From positions 79,151,651 through 79,215,650 of the forward strand of contig JARDVH010000097.1 of the NCBI GenBank assembly GCA_030324005.1: a stretch of DNA of 64,000 nucleotides. The letters run 5' to 3'. Shown here piece by piece: positions 63,373 to 64,000 of the stretch; position 1 is the stretch's first letter, and each line of letters begins with the position of its first letter. The translations under genes were made by a program, and so were the position numbers. Below the pieces are notes generated by a model, which saw nothing but the letters and a program-made list of their open reading frames with translations, searched no databases and was not told the origin of the DNA. Source of the stretch: Negaprion brevirostris. Taxonomy: Eukaryota.

Positions 63373-64000
63373 AACTACAGCATACTGGCAAGAGGCCCAG
63401 TGAGGGGCAAGATAAGAAGCCTTAATGTCGAAAGTGCCACTACTTTTGTCGAGACTCGGCTATAATCCTTAGGGAGCCATTGCATGGTATGGCAGATATC
63501 TTGATGAATCTGGAAAATCGGGGCCGGAGGAAGAATATCCGTTTTCTAGAGGGAGCTGAAACCAGGTTCCTGGTTAAAATTTTGAAGGTTGGCTGCCACG
63601 TTTTTTAACTCTGAATAGAAGGCAGGGTGAACGAAGTGTGAAGGGGCGCATCATATCCTATTCTTGAGGCCCAGGGGCATCCAATGTCCACAGCCTATTA
63701 TTTTCCATGGCTTCAGAGAGTTTGGAAGGATGCCAGGTGTGTGGGACCTGGCTCTATGATGAGGCGAAAGTCTCATTCTTCCAGGACTTATTGGCAACAG
63801 TGCAGCAAAAACAAAGGCTTTAATGTGGTCAGAAAGCGGTTGAAGGCTTTTGGAATTCAGTATGCATGGTGCTGTTGTCCTGAGGGTCACTCTCGAAGGA
63901 TCCATTAGGATGTTCGACAATCCTGCTGAGGCTTCGGCTTTTTGGAATCTGTGAAAAGCAAAAACTCAGAATTGTGATCTGAGGCTCCTTGTTAATTCTG

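Larger units (their letters stand above)
62400..63955 (+). mobile_element. L1 LINE 5' region/ORF1 remnant, interrupted at 62753-63372
   Basis: NLENRGRRKNIRF.LEGAE; YDEAKVSFFQDL; KGFNVVRKRLKAFGIQYA; LRVTLEGSIRMFDNPAEASAFL (L1 ORF1 motifs); 5' boundary uncertain. Confidence 0.8.

Overview
Eukaryotic, AT-rich, CpG-poor, repeat-saturated vertebrate DNA. HE1-type V-SINEs, many CR1 LINEs and shark-type Penelope and Harbinger repeats point to a cartilaginous fish, most likely a shark (inference). I can support no intact protein-coding gene, rRNA, tRNA or CRISPR array. Every ORF I could assign is a frameshifted transposon remnant, a microsatellite read-through or an N-gap artefact; the rest are short and unrecognised. 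Contents: many nested CR1 LINEs; a second CR1-clade LINE family with a partner tRNA-SINE; L1, L2 and Rex1/Babar fragments; several Penelope-like elements with decayed minimal hammerhead motifs; two fossil hAT (Charlie-group) transposases; a fossil Harbinger transposase plus MITEs; probable solo LTRs; a compound microsatellite; and a few repeat-free islands with splice-like signals. The window is probably a large intron or intergenic region. Several 100-N gaps have duplicated flanks, which looks like an assembly artefact. I found no convincing new biological system; the findings are modest leads. Family assignments come from motif recognition, not database searches, and most element boundaries are approximate to tens of bp.
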